A DNA stretch of 64,000 nucleotides from Phycisphaeraceae bacterium (GCA_963674705.1 OY771506.1:1312001-1376000); one strand, 5' to 3'; shown: positions 19,457-28,923, numbered from the stretch's first letter. The notes: generated by a model not told the origin, from the sequence alone. Numbers and translations: made by a program.

Positions 19457-19500
19457 ATTGAGAACACGATATCAACAATAAGTGATAATAGCTTCTCAAT
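19457..19500. promoter_or_regulatory. Tandem palindromic operator (Fur/Zur-family-like)
   Basis: TGAGAA-N4-ATATCA and TGATAA-N4-TTCTCA directly upstream of the metal ABC operon. Confidence 0.55.
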
Positions 19501-19664
19501 AATAGGAAATCAAGCACGTAAAAAATATTTTTAGTGCCTGTCAAATAAAGGATTGCAGATTTTGCGCCTCCCCGGCTCCCACGCCCCCTCCCCCGTTTAA
19601 CGGTGGAACTTGTTCCACCCATTGGCCCCCAGGGCCAATTCCTACCCCCCCTGGGATTCCATCC

Positions 19665-20114
19665 TCAATACGCCCCCGGCACCGGGACCGCCATGATCTG
19701 GACATCCAACGCCGACGCCATCTGCTTGCAGGCTTCCCATTCCTTGTCGCTGATGCAGGCGGACTGCCGTTCGCCGTAGATGATCCGTGCCACGCCGACC
19801 TGCAGCAGCCTGCGGAAGCAGGCCGCGCATGGCGGGCCCGTGACGTACGCTGTCGCGCCGCGCAGATCACAACGCGCAAACGCCACCGCGTTGTCCTCGG
19901 CATGAATAAACCAGTCGTACTTCTCCGGCCTCGTCAACGGCACGATCTCGTTCGGCAATCCCGCGACAGGCCCGTTATAACCCGTGCTGATCACCCGGTG
20001 CCCCTGATCAACCAGCACACATCCGTGCTTCGTATGCACATCCGGCGAACGCCGACTCACCTGCTCCGCGATCGTTAAAAAGTATTCATCCCAGGAGGGC
20101 CGTTCAGTGCTCAT
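19665..20114 (-). CDS. dCMP deaminase family protein
   Basis: RPSWDEYF, TGYNG, HAEDNA and PCAAC Zn motifs. Confidence 0.92.
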   Translation of the reverse strand: MSTERPSWDEYFLTIAEQVSRRSPDVHTKHGCVLVDQGHRVISTGYNGPVAGLPNEIVPLTRPEKYDWFIHAEDNAVAFARCDLRGATAYVTGPPCAACFRRLLQVGVARIIYGERQSACISDKEWEACKQMASALDVQIMAVPVPGAY

Positions 20115-20227
20115 GTTTGGCTCGATGTAAAAGAAACCTGTTAAGGCGGGTCTTCAGACAACGTGATGCTATATTATCCACCACGCTTTGTCACCGTGAG
20201 ATCAAGATGTATTCGTCGGCCTTTACT

Positions 20228-20269
20228 CCCTCTCCCCGCGGGAGAGGGCTGGGGTGAGGGCCGGATTGA
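20228..20269. repeat. Family A REP left arm (partner at 21193-21243)
   Basis: CCCTCTCCCCGCGGGAGAGGGCTGGGGTGAGGGCCGGATTGA. Confidence 0.88.
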
Positions 20270-20300
20270 CGTACGTCTGAAGTGATTACTGCGACGTAGA

Positions 20301-21188
20301 CTAATAATCCATATAGTCAAACTTTCTCAGATACTCATACCACAACGGCTCAATCTCTTCGATCGCACCGATGTGTTTTCGAAATGCATCCAGCGTCCCA
20401 TGTTCCAATATCAGCGGTTTGATGCCTGCTCGATAACGCCCGTCGTCGTAGTGATAGAGGAAGTGGGCCAGGCTGAACCAGTGCATGTAGTACAGGTTGA
20501 CGTGCTGGTCGATGTCGGGGCCGCCGCGATCCTTAATGAGAATCTCAAGCGGGATGAATCGCTCATTCTGGATGTCGGCCGCGATGTCGCCGGTGAAGAC
20601 CATGTCGCCTCGCCACCATACCGGGTAGGTATTGCTATCCACTTCGCCTAAGTGCAGTTTTCCATCGCGCCACGTGCTCGTGCCGAAGTATTCTGCGATC
20701 CCCTCGTTAAGCCAGCGCGGCAGGTCCAGGTGCGCAACCTCCGCGTTCAGTTGATGCGTCGCCTCGTGCGTCATCCAGTGATACGGATTCGGCTCACCCT
20801 CGGAATAGTATTGATGACAATACGGCTTGCGGTAGAACGCCTCCGCCCATCCGCTGAGCGGGTTATATCGCTTGAACTCATCCCGATCCTTATAAAGTTT
20901 AAGCTTGAGCTTCGGATGCTCAGCCGAAAGATCGGGCAGGTCGGCGAACTCCGTCGTGTAAGCCGCGTAGAGCGCTTCAGCCACATCCAGGATGTTCTGC
21001 GTCTGCGCTTCGCTCGCGGTGGAATAGCAAACATAATGCTGCGACTCGGCCGTCAGATCGTAAAACCAAGGCCGCCTGACATACAAGAACGCCGCCAGCG
21101 CCACCGCCAGCATCAGAAGCATCCGAACTTCACGCCCCTTTAACTTCCGCTTAAAAATCGCCAACCCAACCTCCCGGCATTCTTGCAT
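20301..21188 (-). CDS. DUF1570-like zincin metallopeptidase-fold protein (start uncertain: 21188/21164/21122)
   Basis: HEATHQ...PRWLNEGIAEYF motif; N-terminal TM segment. Confidence 0.8.
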   Translation of the reverse strand: MQECREVGLAIFKRKLKGREVRMLLMLAVALAAFLYVRRPWFYDLTAESQHYVCYSTASEAQTQNILDVAEALYAAYTTEFADLPDLSAEHPKLKLKLYKDRDEFKRYNPLSGWAEAFYRKPYCHQYYSEGEPNPYHWMTHEATHQLNAEVAHLDLPRWLNEGIAEYFGTSTWRDGKLHLGEVDSNTYPVWWRGDMVFTGDIAADIQNERFIPLEILIKDRGGPDIDQHVNLYYMHWFSLAHFLYHYDDGRYRAGIKPLILEHGTLDAFRKHIGAIEEIEPLWYEYLRKFDYMDY

Positions 21189-21192
21189 CAGG

Positions 21193-21243
21193 ATAAAACC
21201 GATCACACAAAGACTTCGGCCCTCACCCCGGCCCTCTCCCAAG
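21193..21243. repeat. Family A REP right arm plus internal spacer
   Basis: 48/51 identical to 30933-30983. Confidence 0.9.
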
Positions 21244-21289
21244 ACAACAAATTCGATCTACGCTGTAACCATATAAACAAGAAGGCAAT

Positions 21290-21680
21290 TGGCCACAGAT
21301 AAATACAGATGAACACGGATCAGAAAAAGTCTGTTTTGAATAACTTGAATCAAGATGCATTTTTAGCCTCTTGAACCGCGATGAATCTGATGCCAATTAG
21401 ATTATCTTGTTTTACATCCGTGTTCATCTGTGGCTAATCGTAGTCTGGATACATGCTTCGAGTATAGATCGAATATGCTCTGCAAGAGCAGAGGAAGTAA
21501 GCACACCAGAATCTGCGCAATCCCCGTAATCTGCGGATACCTCTTCTTCCTTCTTATCCGCGTTCATCTGTGTTCATCCCTGTTCCATCTCGTCTTTCTC
21601 TGCGCCCTCTGTGTTCTCCGCGGTTACTCCCCCTTCACCCAATCCTTCCCGTAATTAGGTCCGCACCCGCCCGGACAAGA
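21290..21680. repeat. Cluster of family B/C/D palindromic repeats and a GTAG-type half REP
   Basis: GCCACAGAT...ATCTGTGGC inverted pair, AATCTGCG...AATCTGCGGAT, TAGGTCCGCACCCGCCCGGACA. Confidence 0.8.
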
Positions 21681-21697
21681 AGCAGAGCCAACGCGAT

Positions 21698-22240
21698 TCA
21701 TCTCCCATCCCAAACCGTCTGAACCCGATACCGACCGCGAATCTCCGCCGTATCGTCATTCTCATCCATACAGATCGACGCGATGCCAATGACAGTCGCG
21801 CTCTGCGATTCAATCAGCCGGATCGCAGCCTTAACCTGCGCCCCCGTCTCGATCCATTCATCCACCACCAGCACACGCATCCCCGGCCGAAACGCATCTT
21901 TCCTCACCTCAAGCCTTTTCACCTCACCCGTATAGTCTGTGCATTCTGCAACATCGACCTCTACCGGTAGCTTGCCGCCCTTGCGAATCGGAACCACGCC
22001 CACACCAAGCCGACGCGCCACCGCCGTACCAAGAATAAACCCAAGCGCATCAATACAAGCCACGCAATCCACCCCGCCATCGTCAAACGGCTCAGCAAGG
22101 TCTTCAACCAGTTGCCCCAGACAATCACGATCCGCAAACAACGGCGTCACGTCATAACGGTTGCCCAATGTCTTCGTATCAATCTTCTCAAGATACGGCT
22201 TCATGCGTTTTAGATTATCTGATCCCATCAAACAATCCAA
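21698..22240 (-). CDS. apt: Adenine phosphoribosyltransferase-like protein (start uncertain)
   Basis: YDVTPLF, IDALGFILG, IRKGGKLP, VLVVDEWIETG PRPP-binding loop. Confidence 0.82.
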   Translation of the reverse strand: MDCLMGSDNLKRMKPYLEKIDTKTLGNRYDVTPLFADRDCLGQLVEDLAEPFDDGGVDCVACIDALGFILGTAVARRLGVGVVPIRKGGKLPVEVDVAECTDYTGEVKRLEVRKDAFRPGMRVLVVDEWIETGAQVKAAIRLIESQSATVIGIASICMDENDDTAEIRGRYRVQTVWDGR

Positions 22241-22302
22241 TCAGCACGCCATGCATGCCTGTCCGTTTTCTTTCTCCCTCTCCCCTCGGGAGAGGGTCGG
22301 GG

Positions 22303-22376
22303 TGAGGGCCGGATTCCTTATGCATCAATCCGCAATACTCCCCCGTTTAACGGGCGATCGCAGATCGCCGCGCAGC
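22303..22376. repeat. 74-nt direct repeat, copy 1 (copy 2 at 23399-23472)
   Basis: 68/74 identity by manual alignment; begins inside a family A arm. Confidence 0.9.
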
Positions 22377-22547
22377 AAAATGTACCCAACTACTTGCGCA
22401 ACTTGCTCAGCACAGAGACCCGCGTCGAACGCAGTTGTTTTTTAAAAGATATTCTTGACTTAATGGGGGGGAGTAATACATTGTTGATTACATTCGTGCC
22501 GGGACGTTTCCGGATAAACATCAATTTAATATGAAAGGATTCAGAAG

Positions 22548-23294
22548 ATGGGGTCACAGGGACGTGTAAGACGCGCCAATCTATGGTTGCCATATCCTGG
22601 GATCGGTTTACCCGTCCTCATGGTATTCGCATCCACACTTGCCAAACCTCAATCCGCGCAAGGTGATATCGTGACACTGCAGGTCACGGGCTCAGTGACT
22701 TCAGTAAACTCCATGGACCCTCCTGGATTATTCGATCTGGATGGCTCCGTGACCGTCGGCAGCCCCTACTCTCTCACATTCACGATTGATACGAATGCCC
22801 CAGACATCAATCCCGATACGGACTACGGACGCTATCTATACGTGACATCTAACGGCAGCCTTGGCAACTATGCATGGAATAGCGGCCCAGCCCCAGTTTA
22901 TGAAGTCGAAACGGAGAACGATTTAGGCGGCATTGAAGACAGATATCTGTTGGGGCAACCCGATCCGGTCGTAACCGGGAATTTTGTTTTGGATGGCAAC
23001 CTTACGACGCTCGACAACGCATCATTCAGTTTCGTCTACGCAGGCATCCGTCTATCAGATGCAACCGCGACCGCACTGGATAGCGATGCCCTGGTAATCC
23101 CTGAATTAACCGACTGGGATACCGGGGTGTTCACGATGCACTTCATACTCGACGAGGGCCAAACCGGGATCGATGCCAGTATATTGATCGAGGGTTCGGT
23201 CGATAGCATCCTGATACCTGAGCCCGGAGCCGTGGCAACAGTCGCGAGTTTTACGGTGGGATACATTTTGAATAGGCGTCGTATTCATGTGTGA
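22548..23294 (+). CDS. PEP-CTERM surface protein
   Basis: Signal peptide (AQG), acidic beta-rich body, IPEP + hydrophobic + RRR. Confidence 0.8.
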   Translation: MGSQGRVRRANLWLPYPGIGLPVLMVFASTLAKPQSAQGDIVTLQVTGSVTSVNSMDPPGLFDLDGSVTVGSPYSLTFTIDTNAPDINPDTDYGRYLYVTSNGSLGNYAWNSGPAPVYEVETENDLGGIEDRYLLGQPDPVVTGNFVLDGNLTTLDNASFSFVYAGIRLSDATATALDSDALVIPELTDWDTGVFTMHFILDEGQTGIDASILIEGSVDSILIPEPGAVATVASFTVGYILNRRRIHV

Positions 23295-23302
23295 TTCAGT
23301 TA

Positions 23303-23472
23303 GTAGGTCCGCACTTGCCCGGGCCTACAAAACTGTGCACGGCGCGGGACAGCATCTTACCCCCCCCTCCCCTTGGGAGCCCCCGGAGTTGACCGGGCTG
23401 AGGGCCGGATTCCCTATTCATCAATCCGCAACACTCCCCCGTATGGCGGGCGATCGCAGATCGCCGCGCAGC
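23303..23472. repeat. Composite repeat: collapsed GTAG REP + linker + degenerate family A arm + 74-nt repeat
   Basis: 23316-23364 matches 24592-24640 (44/49). 23399-23472 matches 22303-22376 (68/74). Confidence 0.88.
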
Positions 23473-23648
23473 CGTGCCAAGTTTCGTCAGTACAGCCGCA
23501 AATCGTGTTGATTCTTCTATAAACTAAGATCGACATGAGCGACTCACTGTATCATGTTAACGTTGTGTCTCAACCACAAGTTGTTACGGCACGTATATAA
23601 CGTAGTCCCTGACAGATCGGATGATGCACTTCCGCAAGGAGGATCGCG

Positions 23649-24479
23649 ATGCGCAACAGTTGCTTGCTGATTCTGATCTGGTTAACTCTCTTCACATGCA
23701 ATGGGTGTGCACATACTTCCGGACCCGTGACCGGCATCGTTGGAGGGCTTGATCACGAAGTGGCCCCTCTTGTGGCTGATCTAACGCATGCCAAGAAGCG
23801 CGTGATTCAAGGCATTGAATTTACAACCGGTGAGTTGCAAGGCAAACAGGTCGTCATCACCACCGGCGGTTTTGGTAAGGTCAATACCGCGATCACTACC
23901 ACACTCTTAATCGATCGTTTTCAGCCCGATCAAGTGCTGTCAATCGGCTCCGCGGGCGCAGTCAATCCCTCACTTGAAGCCGGCGACATCGTGATCGCTG
24001 AGCGCGTCACCTACCATGATCTGGGCAAGTACACGCCGGAGGGCTTTGTACCAAGCCCCAGCCGCAATCCACTTGCCAGCGGGGAGAAAACCCTTTTCTT
24101 CGAATGTGACAGCCGACTCGTGTCACGATCGCTGAGGACAGCCGGTTATCCCGAAACTACAACCGAAAACAAAACAGAACCACACACGCTAAGGGTGCGA
24201 TCGGGCGTTATCGTCTCGGGCGATTCTTTTATCGCATCTTCAGACAAGCGAACGGAATTACACCAACGCTTCGACGCCGACGCCGTAGACATGGAATCCG
24301 CCGTGGTCGCCCAGGTGTGCTGGCAGCGCGGTATACCTTTCATAGCAATCCGCGGGATCAGTGATCGGGCGGATGATACCGCCAAATCAGACTATGTCAG
24401 GAATTGTGAAGTCGCAGCAATCAACGTGACAGAGCTGGTTCGTCGGATCGTGAATGCAAGCGGTGGCAAATCAGGCTGA
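23649..24479 (+). CDS. mtnN: 5'-methylthioadenosine/S-adenosylhomocysteine nucleosidase with N-terminal signal/lipobox
   Basis: GFGKVN, GSAG, SGDSFI, VDMESA and RGISDRAD motifs; hydrophobic leader ending in NGC; AGGAGG RBS. Confidence 0.88.
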   Translation: MRNSCLLILIWLTLFTCNGCAHTSGPVTGIVGGLDHEVAPLVADLTHAKKRVIQGIEFTTGELQGKQVVITTGGFGKVNTAITTTLLIDRFQPDQVLSIGSAGAVNPSLEAGDIVIAERVTYHDLGKYTPEGFVPSPSRNPLASGEKTLFFECDSRLVSRSLRTAGYPETTTENKTEPHTLRVRSGVIVSGDSFIASSDKRTELHQRFDADAVDMESAVVAQVCWQRGIPFIAIRGISDRADDTAKSDYVRNCEVAAINVTELVRRIVNASGGKSG

Positions 24480-24591
24480 GTTCCTGGAATATGCTTGCGC
24501 AGATTTTGAGATCGTCTTACCACATACCGAGTACTTTATGGGTATCGCTCAATTCATCCTGCCCGGACAAGCTTAGAAGTTTGTTAAGTTA

Positions 24592-24794
24592 TGCCCGGGC
24601 ATACAAAACCGTGCACGGCGCGTGACAGCTTCTTGCCCCCTCTCCCCTCCGGGAGAGGGCCGGGGTGAGGGCCGTTGCGTAACATCCGTACGATATTAAA
24701 TACGTGATCATGATTCGTGTCTTCGCCATTCACGACAATCTTCACGCACGATCAACCCGGCCCTCACCCTAACCCTCTCCCGCGGGGAGAGGGG
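24592..24794. repeat. Linker repeat plus family A REP doublet
   Basis: 49-nt direct repeat, then inverted CCCTCTCCC/GGGAGAGGG arms. Confidence 0.88.
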
Positions 24795-24807
24795 ATAAGA
24801 TTCATCC

Positions 24808-24876
24808 GTAGGTCCGGGCCTGACCGGACAAACGTAGACGTTTCGTGAACTTATGTCCGGGCTGGCCCGGACCTAC
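24808..24876. repeat. GTAG-family REP doublet (REPIN-like)
   Basis: GTAGGTCCGGGCCTGACCGGACA ... TGTCCGGGCTGGCCCGGACCTAC. Confidence 0.88.
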
Positions 24877-24884
24877 AAAACTTC

Positions 24885-25193
24885 CTATTCCAGGAAGTTC
24901 TGGTCAACGAACACTTCTGCAAACTGTTGTGGTGTGAGTTGTACACCCTTGTCAAGAGATACGGCTTTATTTTTGTGCCACATGTCATTGACCAAGTCCG
25001 GCATGTTGGATGGAAAGTCCATGATGGATGCAATAATCTCGTGCCATTGCCCCTGTTTGCCATAGGTTTCCTGTAGCTTTGGCGTCATTGTTGACAGAGT
25101 TGCCTGTTGCGAATCATCCAACTCTGTAATCGCCCATAGCACATAGCACTCAAGCAGTCGTATTAACGGCTTTCCATCGTATCGAGTAGTCAT
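24885..25193 (-). CDS. Small lower-GC hypothetical protein (possible orphan immunity protein)
   Basis: 102 aa, AAGGGGGA RBS, AT-richer codons than flanking genes. Confidence 0.7.
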   Translation of the reverse strand: MTTRYDGKPLIRLLECYVLWAITELDDSQQATLSTMTPKLQETYGKQGQWHEIIASIMDFPSNMPDLVNDMWHKNKAVSLDKGVQLTPQQFAEVFVDQNFLE

Positions 25194-25257
25194 TGTCCCC
25201 CTTTCAGAATAATTCTGGGTCTACGGTCGAAAAGTCCCCACACATAAATATACCCCC

Positions 25258-26226
25258 CTACTCCTCCGCCACCCTTAACACCTGCCCCTGTATCGTCTCG
25301 ATCAACCTTCGTTGAATCGTCGTGCTTGGCGCGCGGATGGTGAAGTCGATGGTGGTGGTCTGCGTGCTGTTGCGGCCGACGGCTTCGTGGCGCGACAGGT
25401 CGTACATGATCTGCGTTTGCAGTTCGCCCTTGACGAGTTTGACATCGGCGGGCGGTAAATTCTCGGGGATGCTTGAACGGTCGAGGTCGAGTTTGAGTTT
25501 GGCTTTGCCGTCGATGATCGCGATCGGGACGCCGGCCAGGTCCTCGACGTTGCTGAAGGTGTACTTCATGTTTTGAGACAGGAAACCCTCGAACGGGCGG
25601 TCGGCCCAGGTCCACTTCATGTCCGCGTCCCACTTCTTGCCGACGGTCGTTGACTCGGGCGCAGCGACGAGGGTCGCAAGGTCGGTTGCGGTCTCGATGA
25701 AGTCCAGTTCTTCGGGGACCATGTCTTTGTAGTCGGCCTTGATGCGCGAGCTGATCGCGTTGATCCCGTCGACCTTCGTCACCGTCCCGTCGGCGGCGAC
25801 GCTGACTTTCAGCGGCACGCCCATCATCGCTTTAAGCATTTCATGGTAAGGCGGGATGTCGCCCGACGACTTGCGCGAATCGTTGGTCATCAGTTCGCCG
25901 TCCGGGCGCAGGAGGCTCAGGCTCAGCCATTCGAGCGTCATCGTGCACGTCGATGAGCCGTCGGCTTTGACCTTGTCGACTTTCCAGTTAATCTCGCCTT
26001 CGCTGGTCATCTTCAATCCGCTGCTGCGCTTCTGCCCGGCAATCGTGATCGTCGCTTCCTGTTCCCGGCTGGTCCAGACCTCGTAGCGAGCGGCCTGGCC
26101 TTCCTTCCATTGCGGGCGCAGGTTGTATTCTTGCGCCTGTTGAGCTGAAGCGATAGACGTCAGCAGCAATAGCGCAAGCGCCGCGGCCAAACTGATAACC
26201 GTTTTATTTGTTCCGCAGCGCATCAT
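25258..26226 (-). CDS. Secreted beta-rich hypothetical protein (DUF6263-like)
   Basis: Signal peptide ASA, LRPQWKEGQ start, VGKKW motif; AAGGA RBS. Confidence 0.75.
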   Translation of the reverse strand: MMRCGTNKTVISLAAALALLLLTSIASAQQAQEYNLRPQWKEGQAARYEVWTSREQEATITIAGQKRSSGLKMTSEGEINWKVDKVKADGSSTCTMTLEWLSLSLLRPDGELMTNDSRKSSGDIPPYHEMLKAMMGVPLKVSVAADGTVTKVDGINAISSRIKADYKDMVPEELDFIETATDLATLVAAPESTTVGKKWDADMKWTWADRPFEGFLSQNMKYTFSNVEDLAGVPIAIIDGKAKLKLDLDRSSIPENLPPADVKLVKGELQTQIMYDLSRHEAVGRNSTQTTTIDFTIRAPSTTIQRRLIETIQGQVLRVAEE

Positions 26227-26251
26227 CGTTTCCTTTCGTATTCCCGATCAA

Positions 26252-26857
26252 TTAAGGCAAAATGCTTTGAGGCGTCTCGACGCCGTTGAACCGCATCCAT
26301 CGTATATCAACCACGCGCCATGCGCCGTCGTCGCCGTTGCGTTCCCAACGTAAACGCCAACCCGTGTTGACCTGTCCGCTGCCGGTGCCGGCTTCGGTAT
26401 GCACGGTGACAACCGATTCGCCCCAGTTACCTTCATGAGCGATCGCATCAAGATAGCGGATACTTTGGCTGGCGATCGCTCTGCGGTTGGCGACGCTGTT
26501 AAGTCGCGGCAAAACATCGCCCGCGTTCACCCAGACACCGCCGTTCGGCCCGGTGACGACAGCGTTTAGATCGACCAATCGATTCAACACAGCCGAATCA
26601 AGCGGCGCGGTCGCCTGGACGAGGTTGCGCGTGTTGGTCATGAGTTGTTCGCGGTCGGTCGTGACCAGGTTGGAAAGCAGATACACGCCGCCGGCGATCG
26701 CGACGGCGACGAAGCCGGCAATGAGCAAACCCGTTTTTTGTCGGCGTTGGCCGGACATAAAAAGGATCAGCGCCGCGACCAGGCAAACGATCATCACCGC
26801 CCAGGGCGATTCGAACAGCAGCACATCAAACAGCGACGGTGAATCCAGTTGCATCAC
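26252..26857 (-). CDS. Membrane protein with NTF2-like C-terminal domain
   Basis: Two TM helices, VTTDRE, C-terminal W...GAWRVVDI. Confidence 0.7.
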   Translation of the reverse strand: MMQLDSPSLFDVLLFESPWAVMIVCLVAALILFMSGQRRQKTGLLIAGFVAVAIAGGVYLLSNLVTTDREQLMTNTRNLVQATAPLDSAVLNRLVDLNAVVTGPNGGVWVNAGDVLPRLNSVANRRAIASQSIRYLDAIAHEGNWGESVVTVHTEAGTGSGQVNTGWRLRWERNGDDGAWRVVDIRWMRFNGVETPQSILP

Positions 26858-26979
26858 TACATCTTTGCGGTGCGGCAGGCATTAGGCAAATCCAGAGAAG
26901 AATTGAATTTAGGCGCGCACATCCGGGCCGCGTGAATCTCAAGCAAAGCATGACTTTGTTCCGATAACACCTAGACGAT

Positions 26980-28923
26980 ATGTCCAAACCAAACGACATT
27001 CTGGCGAAGAATCTGACATTGCTGGCGCGCCTGGACCCGGAGCTGGCGGAGCGGATCAAGAATGCTGAGCCGGCGGAGCTTAACTGGTGCGAATCCAAGG
27101 CCGGTCCGTTGACCGCGAGCATCGAGTACAACGGCCGACCGCTTTGGCTGGCGAGCCGATACGACCCCGAAAAGGAAGCCGACAAACTCGTTTCCAGCAT
27201 TGAGCATGAGAAGTCCGCGTGTGTTGTAGTGCTAGGTTTGGGCTTGGGTTATCACGTTTTAGAGCTGGCCAAGGACATGGGGCCGCGTGGCGTGATGGTC
27301 GTGTATGAGCCGGATGTCCGCATCTGGCGTGCAGCCTTGGAAAAGATCAACCACATCAGTTGGCTTATCCGCCCCGAGCTTGTGTGTGCCGACAGCCAGA
27401 CCGATCGTGCCGGGCTGACGACGCGCCTCGACAAGCATGCCGCGACGATCACGCAGGGCACACACCTGCTGACCCACCCCCCTACCCGTCAACGTAACCC
27501 CGAGCAGTTAAAAGACTTCAGCCAAATGGTCGCGGAGGTGCTGGCGTTCTGCAGGACCAATGTCGCGACCGCTTTGGTCAACGCCGCACGCACCTGCCGG
27601 AACCTCGCCAGTAACATCGACCACTACGCAGCGGGCAACAGTACGGATGAACTGATCGACGCCGCGAAGGGATACCCCGCCATCTGCGTGGCTGCGGGCC
27701 CGAGCCTGGTGAAGAATGTCGACCTGCTTCAGGACCCCGACAAGCGGAGCAAGGTCGTGGTCATCGCTGCGCAGACCGCGCTTAAGCCTTTACTTGCTAG
27801 AGGCATACGTCCGGACTTCGTTACCGCATTGGATTACTCGCACATCTCCAGCCGGTTCTACGAAAACCTGCCCGATTTACCGGATGTAACGCTGGTTGCT
27901 GAACCCAAGGCCCACCGTGCGATCCTTGAAGGCTTCCCGGGGCCGATCCGTGTGGCGCACTCGCAGTTCAACGAGATCCTCCTCGGCGATATGTCGCGCA
28001 AGCGTACGCCGATCAAGGCCGGCGCGACCGTCGCGCACCTGTCGTTCTACCTCGCCCAGCATCTGGGGTGCGATCCGATCATCTTTATTGGTCAGGATTT
28101 AGGTTTCTCAGATGGTTTGTACTACGCGCCCGGCACCGCGGTGCACCAGGTCTGGTCCAGCGAGCTGAATCCGTTCAACACCATCGAAATGATGGAGTGG
28201 CGCAGGATCGTGCGGATGAAAGGCCACCTGCGTCGAGCGGACGACATCCACGGCCGACCGATCTTCACCGACGAGCAGATGCAGACGTATCTCAAGCAGT
28301 TCGAACGCGACTTCGCCAAGAGCAGCGAGACGATCCTTGATGCGACCGAAGGCGGTGTTAAGAAAGAACATACAACCATCATCACGCTGGCTGAGGCGCT
28401 CGATCAATACGCAACGCGTGATGTGCCGCAGATTCCGATCCCGCCGCGCGAGTTGAACGCCGATCGGCTGGAGCAGGTTCGGCTGATATTGCAGCAGCGC
28501 GTCCGCGAGGTCAACGATCTGCGAAGCACAACGAAGAAGACGATCCCGATCCTGCAGCAGATGCAGGAACATCAGAAAGATAAGATCCGCATCGACAAGC
28601 TGTTCGAACGCTTGAAGAAGCTGCAGCGACACGTCGAAGAGGACCTGCCTCAGACGTTCAACCTCGTGAATGCGGTGAACACGATCGGCTCATTCAAGCG
28701 CGCCAAAGCAGATCGCGTGATCGGCCACGTAAGTCGCGATCAGTTCGACAAGCAGTCACATCAACTATCGCGCGATATCGAGAACCTTGAATGGTTGATC
28801 CAGGCATGCGATGAGGCGCTGAACATCCTTGATGAATCGCAGCAGCATGTTGTGGAAAGTTGCCGCAAGGCGTCGGGCAGAGAACCGAAGGTGGCGGCAG
28901 GTGTGAAGGTAAAGTCTGGTTGA
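26980..28923 (+). CDS. Motility-associated factor (Maf/DUF115) glycosyltransferase
   Basis: LASRYDPEKEA, GLGLGYH, AAGPSL, GIRPDFV, GATVAH and LGCDPIIFIGQDL motifs. Confidence 0.88.
   Translation: MSKPNDILAKNLTLLARLDPELAERIKNAEPAELNWCESKAGPLTASIEYNGRPLWLASRYDPEKEADKLVSSIEHEKSACVVVLGLGLGYHVLELAKDMGPRGVMVVYEPDVRIWRAALEKINHISWLIRPELVCADSQTDRAGLTTRLDKHAATITQGTHLLTHPPTRQRNPEQLKDFSQMVAEVLAFCRTNVATALVNAARTCRNLASNIDHYAAGNSTDELIDAAKGYPAICVAAGPSLVKNVDLLQDPDKRSKVVVIAAQTALKPLLARGIRPDFVTALDYSHISSRFYENLPDLPDVTLVAEPKAHRAILEGFPGPIRVAHSQFNEILLGDMSRKRTPIKAGATVAHLSFYLAQHLGCDPIIFIGQDLGFSDGLYYAPGTAVHQVWSSELNPFNTIEMMEWRRIVRMKGHLRRADDIHGRPIFTDEQMQTYLKQFERDFAKSSETILDATEGGVKKEHTTIITLAEALDQYATRDVPQIPIPPRELNADRLEQVRLILQQRVREVNDLRSTTKKTIPILQQMQEHQKDKIRIDKLFERLKKLQRHVEEDLPQTFNLVNAVNTIGSFKRAKADRVIGHVSRDQFDKQSHQLSRDIENLEWLIQACDEALNILDESQQHVVESCRKASGREPKVAAGVKVKSG

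Noticed and set aside
19665..24479. Anti-phage defence system (deaminase/PRTase/nucleosidase)
   Set aside because: The genes are single-domain, not operonic and lack sensor or effector fusions; salvage is the simpler reading.
22276..24876. Classical integron
   Set aside because: No tyrosine integrase in the window and no convincing attC (RYYYAAC...GTTRRRY) structure; the repeats are REP-derived.
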